A DNA stretch of 64,000 nt from Candidatus Eiseniibacteriota bacterium (lineage in GTDB: Bacteria > Eisenbacteria > RBG-16-71-46 > JABDJR01). The DNA is taken from the NCBI GenBank assembly GCA_963783375.1, contig CAWANH010000003.1, forward strand, positions 192,001 to 256,000, in the 5' to 3' direction. Positions 19,911 through 28,729 of the stretch are shown here, piece after piece (the stretch's first letter is position 1; the number at the start of each line of letters is the position of its first letter). The notes under the pieces are model-generated. The model did no database searches and was not told where the DNA came from. It worked only from the letters and a program-made list of their open reading frames with translations. The position numbers were made by a program, and so were the translations under genes.

Positions 19911-20821
19911 CGCGCCACCCACACCGGCCGGCAGGACCGGAAGGGCGCGCCGTCGTCGCCGTGCCATTGGAGACAGAGGTAGTAACGCCCGCTTCGGGGC
20001 GGCAGGCGGGCGCCGCTTCCCCACACCCAGCGCCCGGTGGCCGGAGACGCGTCCGCCGGGCGGAGAAGCGCCACCTCCTCCCCATCGCCGCCGACCAGCC
20101 AGACGGCCAGGGTCCCCGGTCCCGGGAGCCGGTAGGTGAAGACGGCGGGGCGCCGGGCGGGCTCCACCCGGTTCGGTCCGGTGAGGGCCCCCGAATCCCC
20201 ACCCCCGGCGCCGGCGGCCAGGCTGTTGGGTCGCCCGGGGGTCGCGCCCGAGGGATCCAGGGACCAACCCCAGTTCCCGGCCTCGGCCCCGTCCGCCCCC
20301 GGGTCCACCCGCTCCAGGCTTCGGCCGGCGTCGGGAGGGAGCCAGGCCTCGAAGTAGATCACGCTGTCCACCGGGGCCCCGTCGGGCCCGGCCAGAACCA
20401 GCCGGTCCGCGGGCTCGCCCGAACCTGCATCGTGATCGTTCAGGATGGGCCATCCCTCGGGGCGGAGCACGAGGATCGAGTCGGGCAGGCCGTAGTAGGC
20501 CCGGAGGCTCTCCGGCCGCGAGGCAAGGACCGCGAACCCGCCCGGGGGAAGCACCGCCGGCCCGGCGATCGCCCGTGGCCTTCCGGTGGCGTCGGTGAGG
20601 GTCCACCCGGCCAGGTCCGCCGGGTCCGGGCCGGGGTTCCGGATCTCGACCCACTCCCCTTCCCCGGCGGCGGGGCGGGGGACGATCTCGTTCACCACCG
20701 GGGAGCGGGCGGATTCCTCCCCGAAAGCCGGAATCCATGTCGGAACCAACAGGAGACCGATGGCTGAAACAATGGCGGCGCGGCGGACCACGGCCCGCGG
20801 CCGGACGCGCGAACGGCGCAT
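19907..20821 (-). CDS. Lamin-tail-domain protein with C-terminal CTD-like beta domain
   Basis: VVNEIVPRP, EWVEIRN, DLAGWTLTD, GRSLERVDP, NW..S....GATPGRPNS; C-terminal W.G...P.SGRYY. Confidence 0.8.
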   Translation of the reverse strand: MRRSRVRPRAVVRRAAIVSAIGLLLVPTWIPAFGEESARSPVVNEIVPRPAAGEGEWVEIRNPGPDPADLAGWTLTDATGRPRAIAGPAVLPPGGFAVLASRPESLRAYYGLPDSILVLRPEGWPILNDHDAGSGEPADRLVLAGPDGAPVDSVIYFEAWLPPDAGRSLERVDPGADGAEAGNWGWSLDPSGATPGRPNSLAAGAGGGDSGALTGPNRVEPARRPAVFTYRLPGPGTLAVWLVGGDGEEVALLRPADASPATGRWVWGSGARLPPRSGRYYLCLQWHGDDGAPFRSCRPVWVAR

Positions 20822-20890
20822 GGCGAGCTCCTTTCGGACGGGAGTGCCGAAAGGACGGGAGGCGGGGTTGTCGAACCGGGGTGGGAGGCT

Positions 20891-23110
20891 CTACACGAGT
20901 CCCCGGCGGCGGCGGAGGAACCACTCGACCGAGGCGAACAGGACGAAGGCGACGAACATCCAGGGCGAGTCCCAGAGGGCGACCTGGACGCGCTCCTCCT
21001 CGGCCTGGGCGATGCTCCGGAACGCGTCGCGCATCCCGGTCAGGGAATCGGGCCGCCAGAACCGTCCCCCGGCGGCCTCGGCCAGGCGGGCCAGAAGTTC
21101 GGGATCCGCTTCCAGTCGCTCCATCTCGGTCCCCAGCGAATCCACCGCGAACACGCCCTCCACCGTCCCCAGGGGCGTGCCTTCGTTCGCCGCTTTCCCT
21201 TCATAGCGATAGCGGCCGGGGGGGAGGCTCTCCACCACTCCGCTGTAGATGCCCTCCCCGCCGCCGAGCGCGACCGTCCGAGGCTCCTCGGCGGAACCGG
21301 TCTCCGGGGTGACCGAGACCTCGACCTCGGCGTCGGAGATCGGGCGATAGGACTCGTCGGTGACCCGGGCCACGAACGAGACCGGCTTCCCGCGGGGGAC
21401 CACGTAGTCCTCGGGATGGATGTCCAGGCGGGTTTCCACTTCGGGCCGGGCCAGCCAGTGGGCGGCGCGCCGCCACCATCCCTCCATCATCCTCCGGGAG
21501 GGATCCTGGTCGGAGCCGGTGAACCCCCAGCGCCACATCCCCGCCCCGGCAAAGAGGAGAACCCGTCCCTGTCCCACCCGCACCCAGCTCAAGACCGGCC
21601 GGCTGGAGCCGTTCTGGTCGGCGGCCATCAACGCCTCGGCGTTTCCCTTCGCCCCCCCCAGATCGGGGCTCACCGCCACCGGGGGAAGGTCCGCCCACGC
21701 TTCGAGGGAAGGCGCACCCGGGGCGGTGGGGTCGAAGAGCGGGCTCCGTCGACCGACGGCGGTGAGGCGTAGCTGCGCCTCGGCGTCCTCGGCGCCGGAT
21801 CCGATGGCCACGGGAAGGAGCGTGTCGAGCGGAGTCCCGCGCCAGGCCCCGAGGTCTCCCACCTCCCCGCCGCTCACGACGTAGAGACCTCCGCCCTTCC
21901 GGACGAAGGCGGCCACCGCGTTCTCTCCCGCCGGCGCGAGCTGGTTCGGGCGCACGTGATCGAGGACCACCAGTCGCGTGTCGCGGAGTCCGGACGCGCT
22001 CATCGCGGGGAGGCTCTTCCCGCCGGGGACCGGGCGGAACGAGCCGTCCCGCCAGAACCCCGCGCTCACCGAAAGGGTGGAGTCGGCGTCGAGGGCCCGC
22101 CGGAGAAAGGTGTGATCCCAGGTGAGGCTCCCGCTCAGGAGAAGCACCCCGGTCTTCTCCTCCCGCACCGTCACCGCCACCATGCGTCGGTTGTTGGCCG
22201 TGGTGGCTTCGCCCTCCAGGGCCGGCGCCACCACTTCCAGGAACCGGAGCCCCGGCTTGGCCGGGGTGAAGCTCAGGCTCACCCGCTTCTCCGCTCCCCC
22301 GGGCTCCAGGCGCGCGTCGACCGCGGCCAGCTCGATCGGGGTGTCGGTGACGTCGAGCAACCGGACGCGCACCGAGGCGCCCGGGAGTCCCTGGAGACGG
22401 AGCACCGCCTCGATCGGGGTGCGCTCCCCGGTGAAGGCTTCGCGGTTCGCCCGGAGCCGGGCCACCGCCAGGTCGGGCACCGGATCCGGCGAGCCCAGCC
22501 CCACGGTCTGGATGGGGATCCCCATGCGCCGGGCCAGCGGCACCGGGTCGGGACCGCTGGTGGCGGCGCCGTCGGTGACCAGGATCATGGCTCCCGGACG
22601 CCCCGCGGGCCCGCCCTGGGCCATCCCCTGGTCGAGGGCGGCGGCCAGGTCGGTGGCGGCGCCGTCGGCGGGAGGAAGCGCCGCCGGGTCCGCGATCTCC
22701 GGACCCAGCCCCTCGGCGAAGGGGCGGAAGTTCAGGGGGTAGTCTCCCCCCAGCTCCCGCTTGACCCCCGCCACCGCCGTGCTCAGCTCCGCGTCCCGCG
22801 TGGCGCCGGGGTCGCGTCCGGGGAGGGTGATGCTCTCCGAGCGGTCGAGGAGCACCAGCACCCCCTTGGCCGCCCCGCTGGCCACGGCCAGGCTCACCAC
22901 CGGACGGCAGAGAATAGCCACCAGGGTCACCAGGGCCAGGGCCCGGAGCGCGGTCAGGAGTCCGCGGTAGCCGACCCCCATGGGGGCGTCGGTCTTCCGG
23001 TAGAGGTAGACCGAGTAGGCCACCAGGCCCAGGGCCACGATCACGAACAGCCAGCCCGCGTCCCAGGGGGGGTTCCAATGCAATCCGCGCCAACGGTCGA
23101 ACAAGCTCAA
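20891..23110 (-). CDS. Membrane-anchored vWA plus glutamine-amidotransferase-like domain protein
   Basis: N-terminal TMs; LLDRSES MIDAS-like, VTDG; FVRKGGGL; GQGRV....G.WRW; C-terminal EWFLRRRRGL. Confidence 0.8.
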   Translation of the reverse strand: MSLFDRWRGLHWNPPWDAGWLFVIVALGLVAYSVYLYRKTDAPMGVGYRGLLTALRALALVTLVAILCRPVVSLAVASGAAKGVLVLLDRSESITLPGRDPGATRDAELSTAVAGVKRELGGDYPLNFRPFAEGLGPEIADPAALPPADGAATDLAAALDQGMAQGGPAGRPGAMILVTDGAATSGPDPVPLARRMGIPIQTVGLGSPDPVPDLAVARLRANREAFTGERTPIEAVLRLQGLPGASVRVRLLDVTDTPIELAAVDARLEPGGAEKRVSLSFTPAKPGLRFLEVVAPALEGEATTANNRRMVAVTVREEKTGVLLLSGSLTWDHTFLRRALDADSTLSVSAGFWRDGSFRPVPGGKSLPAMSASGLRDTRLVVLDHVRPNQLAPAGENAVAAFVRKGGGLYVVSGGEVGDLGAWRGTPLDTLLPVAIGSGAEDAEAQLRLTAVGRRSPLFDPTAPGAPSLEAWADLPPVAVSPDLGGAKGNAEALMAADQNGSSRPVLSWVRVGQGRVLLFAGAGMWRWGFTGSDQDPSRRMMEGWWRRAAHWLARPEVETRLDIHPEDYVVPRGKPVSFVARVTDESYRPISDAEVEVSVTPETGSAEEPRTVALGGGEGIYSGVVESLPPGRYRYEGKAANEGTPLGTVEGVFAVDSLGTEMERLEADPELLARLAEAAGGRFWRPDSLTGMRDAFRSIAQAEEERVQVALWDSPWMFVAFVLFASVEWFLRRRRGLV

Positions 23111-23168
23111 ACGACGATGCCTTTCCGGACGGCGGGGCGCGATGAAGGTTCGGTCGGTGGGAGACCCA

Positions 23169-23198
23169 ACGCTAGCAAGCGTCCTCGCCGGTTGTCAA
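23169..23198 (-). promoter_or_regulatory. Putative sigma70 promoter for the vWA gene cluster
   Basis: TTGACA-N18-TAGCGT with TG extended -10. Confidence 0.5.
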
Positions 23199-23203
23199 AG
23201 TGT

Positions 23204-23962
23204 TCATGATCGCGCCCGAACGAGCGCCTCGGCCAGCGCGGAGATCCCGCCGGAGGCGGATGTCCTGAGCGAGAAGGGCAGCCGGCCGGTGAGCGGGGTG
23301 ACCTCCGGGTTCACCTCCACCACCGGGATCCGGCGCTCGGCGGCCATCTCGGGGAGGGCCGCGGCGGGGTAGACCACCGCCGAGGTTCCCACCACCCACA
23401 CCATGTCCGCGGTCTCCAGGGCCCGGGCGGCGCGGTCCAGAACCCCGGGGTGAAGCGATTCCCCGAACCACACCACGTCGGGGCGGAGCCGTCCGCGGCC
23501 GCAGGCGCACAGGGTCTCGGCGGGATCGACCGAGACCGCCTCGGCGCTCCCCCCGCAACCCGCGCTGCAGCGCGCGCGGCGGATGCTCCCGTGGAGTTCC
23601 ACCACGTTCCGGTTCCCCGCCCGCTGGTGCATGCCGTCCACGTTCTGGGTCACGATGATGAAACCATCGAGCCGCCCCCCTTGTTCCAGGCCGGCCAGGG
23701 CGCGGTGCCCGGCGTGGGGCCGGGCCTCGGCCACCCGCTCCAGCCGCCACCGGTACCAGCGCCATACCCGCTCCGGGTCCCGCGCGAAGGCGCCCGGAGT
23801 GGCGAGTTCCTCGGGCCGGACTCCCTCCCACAGGCCGCCGGATCCCCGAAAGACCGGTACCCCGCTCTCCGCGGACATGCCGGCGCCGGTCAGGACGGCG
23901 AGCCGGCGGACCCCGGCCATCGCGGCGGGGAGATCGGCGGGAAGCGCCGGGGGTCCGGTCAC
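23204..23962 (-). CDS. cobB: NAD-dependent protein deacylase (sirtuin, class III-like)
   Basis: LTGAGMSAESGVPVFRG, WY..R, TQNVDGMH, ELHGS, RPDVVWFGE, GTSAVVYPAA. Confidence 0.93.
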   Translation of the reverse strand: MTGPPALPADLPAAMAGVRRLAVLTGAGMSAESGVPVFRGSGGLWEGVRPEELATPGAFARDPERVWRWYRWRLERVAEARPHAGHRALAGLEQGGRLDGFIIVTQNVDGMHQRAGNRNVVELHGSIRRARCSAGCGGSAEAVSVDPAETLCACGRGRLRPDVVWFGESLHPGVLDRAARALETADMVWVVGTSAVVYPAAALPEMAAERRIPVVEVNPEVTPLTGRLPFSLRTSASGGISALAEALVRARS

Positions 23963-25002
23963 GTGTCCGCCCCGGGATCGCCCTGTTTCGCGGGGCCCTC
24001 CCCCGGCTCGGCATCTTCGTCCTCCGGGTGGATGTCGCGGGGACTGGGAATCCGCGCCGCACCGCCCTGGTCGATCGGACCCTCTCCGGTGGCCTGTTTC
24101 CCCAGGATCACCGCCATGGCGCCGTGGGCCACCGGCACGTGTCCGGCGTGACGGAGGTTGTAGAAGCCGATGATCACCACCTGAACGATGGCCAGGAGCA
24201 GCACGAACCCGAGGGTGTAGTAGAGGAGCTCCAGGATCTGATCGGCGGGCGCGGGAGAGACGAAGGCGTGCACCACGACCACCGCGGCCACGAGCCCCGA
24301 GCTCACCACGCCGGTGGTCTTCCCGAGAATGGTGGGCCGGATGGCCACCGGACCGCGGGTGATGTAGATGAACGCCGCCCCCAGCATGAGGAGCCCGTAG
24401 CGCAGGAAGACCAGGACCGCGATCCAGAGCGGAAGGTAGCCGGCGTCGGCCAGGCCGAGCACCACCCCGGCGTTGAAGAGCACGTCCACGATCGGATCGA
24501 AGATGCGGCCCATGCGCGTGGAGGCGTTGAGCTTCCGGGCCGCGATACCGTCGGCCACGTCGGAGAGGCCGCCGGTCACGAAGGCGGCCAGGGCCAGGAG
24601 ACCGTGGTCCCGGGTGATGAACAGATAGAAGGCGGGGATGGCCAGTAGCCGTCCCAGGGTGAGGAAGTTCGGAATTCCGAGGCCGGAGCGGAACTGATCC
24701 TCGTCGCGGCGGAACATGCCGAGATGGAGGGTGATCCACGCCAACCCGCCCAGGAGCCACCACGCGGAGAGGATGAAGTAGTCCGCGGCCAGGCGGCGGT
24801 CCACCAGGAAGGAGAGGAAGACGGCGACCACCAGGAGCCCGACCAGGTGGCCGAGACCGGCGAGGGCCACCCCACGCAGGGTTCGGGGACGGTTGAGAGC
24901 CGCCTCCACCGACATCACCGAGCAGCGAGCCACGTATCGGGCGGCGGCCCTCGGCGTATACCGACTGCGGCGGAGATCCTTCAGGTAATCTTCGACGAAC
25001 AT
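23959..25002 (-). CDS. CDP-alcohol phosphatidyltransferase family protein with N-terminal TM extension
   Basis: IPNFLTLGRL, SDVADGIAARKLNASTRMGRIFDPIVD signature; ATG at 25002. Confidence 0.85.
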   Translation of the reverse strand: MFVEDYLKDLRRSRYTPRAAARYVARCSVMSVEAALNRPRTLRGVALAGLGHLVGLLVVAVFLSFLVDRRLAADYFILSAWWLLGGLAWITLHLGMFRRDEDQFRSGLGIPNFLTLGRLLAIPAFYLFITRDHGLLALAAFVTGGLSDVADGIAARKLNASTRMGRIFDPIVDVLFNAGVVLGLADAGYLPLWIAVLVFLRYGLLMLGAAFIYITRGPVAIRPTILGKTTGVVSSGLVAAVVVVHAFVSPAPADQILELLYYTLGFVLLLAIVQVVIIGFYNLRHAGHVPVAHGAMAVILGKQATGEGPIDQGGAARIPSPRDIHPEDEDAEPGEGPAKQGDPGADT

Positions 25003-25073
25003 CCCGGAGCCATCATACCAAGTCCGCAGCGATTCGACCCGGTAGGACCTCCCGGGGGCGCGGAACCGGCGGG

Positions 25074-25784
25074 CTACCTGGAACCGGCCTCCCGGAAGAT
25101 CACCCAGAGGATCTTCCGCCCCGCGCCAAACGTCCCCCGGATCGTGCCCGACACCTTGCTCTTCCCGATCCGCTTCCGATAGGAGACCGGGACCTCGATC
25201 GACGTCAGGCCGAGCCGGGCCGCCTTGACCTGCATCTCCACCGTCCAGCCGTAGTCGCGGTCGGCCATTCCCATACGCTCCAGGGCGGCCCAGGATACCG
25301 CTCGGAAGGGTCCGAGGTCGGTGAACCGCACCCCGAAGAAGGCACGGATGAGCAGGGTGGCCAGCCGGTTCCCGAAGCGGGCCTGCGGGGTGAGGGCCCC
25401 CGGCTCGCGCTTCCCGAGGACCCGGGAGCCGATCACCAGGTCGGCCCGCCCGTCGAGCGCCGGTCCGGCCACCCGGGGCAATTCGTCGGGATGGTCGCTG
25501 TAGTCGCCGTCCAGGAAACAGACCACGTCGGGAGGGTCCGGCCGGAGATGCGCGAGACCGCGAAGGCAGGCCGCGCCGTACCCGCGGCGGGGCTCGTGGA
25601 GCACGATCGCCCCCGCCCGCTCCGCGACCCCGGGGGTGCCGTCGGCGCTGCCGTTGTCCACCACGATCATTCGCTCCCGGAAAGACGGGGGAACATCGGC
25701 GAGGACGCGCGCGATGGACCGCGATTCGTTCAACACCGGGATGATCACCGCCACCCGCCGCCGGCCCCCCGCTTCGCCGTTCAT
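25074..25784 (-). CDS. Glycosyltransferase family 2 (polyprenol-phosphate glycosyltransferase-like)
   Basis: IIPVLNE, VVDNGSADGT, GYGAAC, FLDGDYSD, TDLGPFRA, GWTVEMQ, SKVSGT. Confidence 0.9.
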   Translation of the reverse strand: MNGEAGGRRRVAVIIPVLNESRSIARVLADVPPSFRERMIVVDNGSADGTPGVAERAGAIVLHEPRRGYGAACLRGLAHLRPDPPDVVCFLDGDYSDHPDELPRVAGPALDGRADLVIGSRVLGKREPGALTPQARFGNRLATLLIRAFFGVRFTDLGPFRAVSWAALERMGMADRDYGWTVEMQVKAARLGLTSIEVPVSYRKRIGKSKVSGTIRGTFGAGRKILWVIFREAGSR

Positions 25785-25874
25785 GATCCCGGGCTCCGGG
25801 ATGGAAAACGGAGCACCCGGGTGAACGCTCGGCGCACCCGGGTACTCGGTTCAATCATCGATGCAGGTCGGGGA

Positions 25875-28682
25875 TCAGGCCGTGGTTCCGGTGCCCGATT
25901 CCCCGGCGCCGGAGATCGCGGCCTGGGCCGCGGCCAGCCGGGCGATGGGAACCCGATAGGGCGAACAGGAAACGTAGTCGAACCCCAGCTCGTGGCAGAA
26001 GAACACCGAGTCGGGGTCGCCCCCGTGCTCGCCGCAAATCCCGATCTTGAGCTTCGGGTTGGTCTTCCGGCCGCGCTCCACCCCCATCCGCATGAGGTCC
26101 CCCACCCCGCTCCGGTCCACGGAGACGAATGGATCCCCCTGCAGGATTCCGCTCGACACGTAGAACGGCAGGAACCGGCCCACGTCGTCCCGGCTGAATC
26201 CGAGGGTCATCTGGGTGAGGTCGTTGGTGCCGAAGGAGAAGAACTGCGCGGTCTCGGCGATCTCGTTGGCGGTGATCGCCGCCCGAGGCACCTCGATCAT
26301 CGTGCCCACCAGATACTCCACCTTCACCCCGAGCCGCTCCATGGTCTCGGCGGCCACCCGGTCCACGACTTCGCGCTGGTTCACCAGCTCGGTCTGCTGC
26401 CCCACCAGGGGGATCATGATCTCCGGGAGGACCTTCACCCCTTCCTGCTGGAGTTCGCAGGCCGCCTCGATGATGGCCTTGGCCTGCATGGCGGTGATCT
26501 CCGGATAGGTGACCCCGAGCCGGCAGCCCCGATGCCCGAGCATGGGGTTGAACTCGTGCAGGGTCTCCACCCGGCGGAGCAGACGCTTCTTCTCGTCCAG
26601 CGCCGGTCCCTTCTCGCCCTTGCTCTCCGCCACCGCGACCTCCACCAGCAACTCCTCGCGGCTGGGGAGGAACTCGTGGAGCGGCGGGTCCAGGGTGCGG
26701 ATGGTGCAGGGCTTGCCCGCCATGGCCTTCAGCACGCCGCGGAAGTCCTCCTTCTGAAGCGCGCCCAGCTTCTCCAGAGAGCCCAGATAGTTGGAGGCCG
26801 GCTCCTTGGCCGCCTCTTCCGCCGCGCCGAGCTGGGCGGCGAGATCGGCCCTTTCCTTCTCGTTCGCCTTCTCGTACTCGGCCCGGACCGCCTGGAGCTG
26901 GTTCTGGGTCTGACGGTACTCCGAGGCGGAGAGGATCATCTGCCGGACCCATTTGATCCGGTCCTCGCCGAAGAACATGTGCTCGGTCCGGCAGAGTCCG
27001 ATCCCCTGGGCGCCGAACTCCACCGCCTTGGTGGCGTCCCGAGGGGTGTCGGCGTTGGCCCGCACGCCCAGACGCCGGAACTCGTCGGCCCAGGACATGA
27101 ACTCGGCGAACTCACCGCCCACCGTGGGCTCCATCAGCTCGGCCTGGCCGAGCATCACCTCGCCGGTGCTCCCGTCGATGGTGATCCAATCCCCTTCCTT
27201 CACCGTCACGTCGCCGACCCGGAAGCGCCTTTCCTTCTCGCTCACCTCCAGGGCGCCGCAACCGGCCACGCAGGGCTTGCCCATACCCCGGGCCACCACC
27301 GCGGCGTGGGAGGTCATCCCGCCGGTGGCGGTGAGGATCCCCTTGGCCGCGTCCATGCCGTGAATATCGTCGGGGTTGGTCTCCGCTCGCACCAGGACGA
27401 CTTTCTTCTTCTGCTCGGCCCAGGCCAGGGCGTCGTCGGCCAGGAACACCGCCTGGCCGGTGGCCGCCCCCGGAGAGGCGGGAAGCCCGGTAGCCAGAGC
27501 GGAAGGCTTCTTGGCCGGATTCACCCGGGGATGGAGAAGCTGATCCAGGTCCCCGGCGGGCACCCGCATCACCGCGGTCTTCTTGTCGATCAGGCCCTCG
27601 CGGACCATCTCCGCCGCGATCCTCACCGCGGCGGGCCCGGTCCGCTTGCCGGTGCGGGTCTGCAGGAGGTAGAGCTTCCCCTCCTCGATGGTGAACTCGA
27701 AGTCCTGGACGTCCTTGTAGTGCTGCTCCAGTCGGTCGGTGATCTCACGGAGCTGCTTGTAAGCCTCGGGCATCTCGTCGCCGAGCTTGGTGATCGGTTG
27801 AGGGGTCCGGATCCCCGCCACCACGTCCTCGCCCTGGGCGTTGGTGAGGTACTCGCCGTAGAACTCCGCTTCCCCGGTGGCCGGGTTCCGGGTGAAACCC
27901 ACCCCGGTGGCGGAGCGCGGCCCCATGTTCCCGAACACCATGGCCTGTACGTTCACCGCGGTGCCCAGGTCGTCGGGGATCTTGTTCTGCTTCCGGTAGT
28001 AGACCGCGCGGGGGTTGTTCCAGGAGCGAAACACCGCGTCGCGGGCCATGTCGAGCTGGCGGGCGGGCTCCTGGGGGAAGTCGCTCCCGGTGGCGTCCTT
28101 GATGATCTGCTGGAAGCGCTCGACCAACGCCCGAAGGTCGTCGGTGTCGAGATCGAGATCGGACTTCACGTTCTTCTTCGACTTGAGCGCGGAGATCTCC
28201 TCCTCGAACCGGCGCTTGGGAATGTCCAGGACCACGTCCCCGAACATGGATAGAAAGCGCCGGTAGCAGTCCCAGGCGAAGCGGGGGTTGTCGGTCTTGC
28301 GGGCCAGGCCCTCCACGCTCCGGTCGTTGAGCCCGAGGTTCAACACGGTGTCCATCATCCCCGGCATCGAGAATTTGGCCCCGGAGCGCACGCTCACCAG
28401 GAGCGGGTCCTCGGCGGCTCCCAGCGGTTTCCCCATCGCCTTTTCCAGGCGGGCCAGATGACGCTTCTGCTCGTCCTGGACCGTTCCGGGGACGTTCCCC
28501 CCGTTCTCCTGGAAAGCCAGGCAGACCCGGGTGGAAATGGTGAAGCCGGGGGGGACCGGAATCCCCGCGTTGGTCATCTCGGCCAACCCGGCGCCCTTCC
28601 CGCCCAGCACGTCCTTCATGTTGCCGTTGCCTTCGGCCTTACCTTCACCGAAGAAATAGAGTTCCTGATCCAACCCAATCAC
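25875..28682 (-). CDS. ppdK: Pyruvate, phosphate dikinase
   Basis: GGKGAGLAEM, LLVSVRSGA..SMPGMMDT, GGMTSHAAVVARG, GLCRTEHM, SFGTNDLTQ, GICGEHGG. Confidence 0.97.
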   Translation of the reverse strand: MIGLDQELYFFGEGKAEGNGNMKDVLGGKGAGLAEMTNAGIPVPPGFTISTRVCLAFQENGGNVPGTVQDEQKRHLARLEKAMGKPLGAAEDPLLVSVRSGAKFSMPGMMDTVLNLGLNDRSVEGLARKTDNPRFAWDCYRRFLSMFGDVVLDIPKRRFEEEISALKSKKNVKSDLDLDTDDLRALVERFQQIIKDATGSDFPQEPARQLDMARDAVFRSWNNPRAVYYRKQNKIPDDLGTAVNVQAMVFGNMGPRSATGVGFTRNPATGEAEFYGEYLTNAQGEDVVAGIRTPQPITKLGDEMPEAYKQLREITDRLEQHYKDVQDFEFTIEEGKLYLLQTRTGKRTGPAAVRIAAEMVREGLIDKKTAVMRVPAGDLDQLLHPRVNPAKKPSALATGLPASPGAATGQAVFLADDALAWAEQKKKVVLVRAETNPDDIHGMDAAKGILTATGGMTSHAAVVARGMGKPCVAGCGALEVSEKERRFRVGDVTVKEGDWITIDGSTGEVMLGQAELMEPTVGGEFAEFMSWADEFRRLGVRANADTPRDATKAVEFGAQGIGLCRTEHMFFGEDRIKWVRQMILSASEYRQTQNQLQAVRAEYEKANEKERADLAAQLGAAEEAAKEPASNYLGSLEKLGALQKEDFRGVLKAMAGKPCTIRTLDPPLHEFLPSREELLVEVAVAESKGEKGPALDEKKRLLRRVETLHEFNPMLGHRGCRLGVTYPEITAMQAKAIIEAACELQQEGVKVLPEIMIPLVGQQTELVNQREVVDRVAAETMERLGVKVEYLVGTMIEVPRAAITANEIAETAQFFSFGTNDLTQMTLGFSRDDVGRFLPFYVSSGILQGDPFVSVDRSGVGDLMRMGVERGRKTNPKLKIGICGEHGGDPDSVFFCHELGFDYVSCSPYRVPIARLAAAQAAISGAGESGTGTTA

Positions 28683-28729
28683 CTCCGCGTTTGGCCCGGC
28701 GGCTCACGGCCTGGGGAAGCCGTTTCGCT

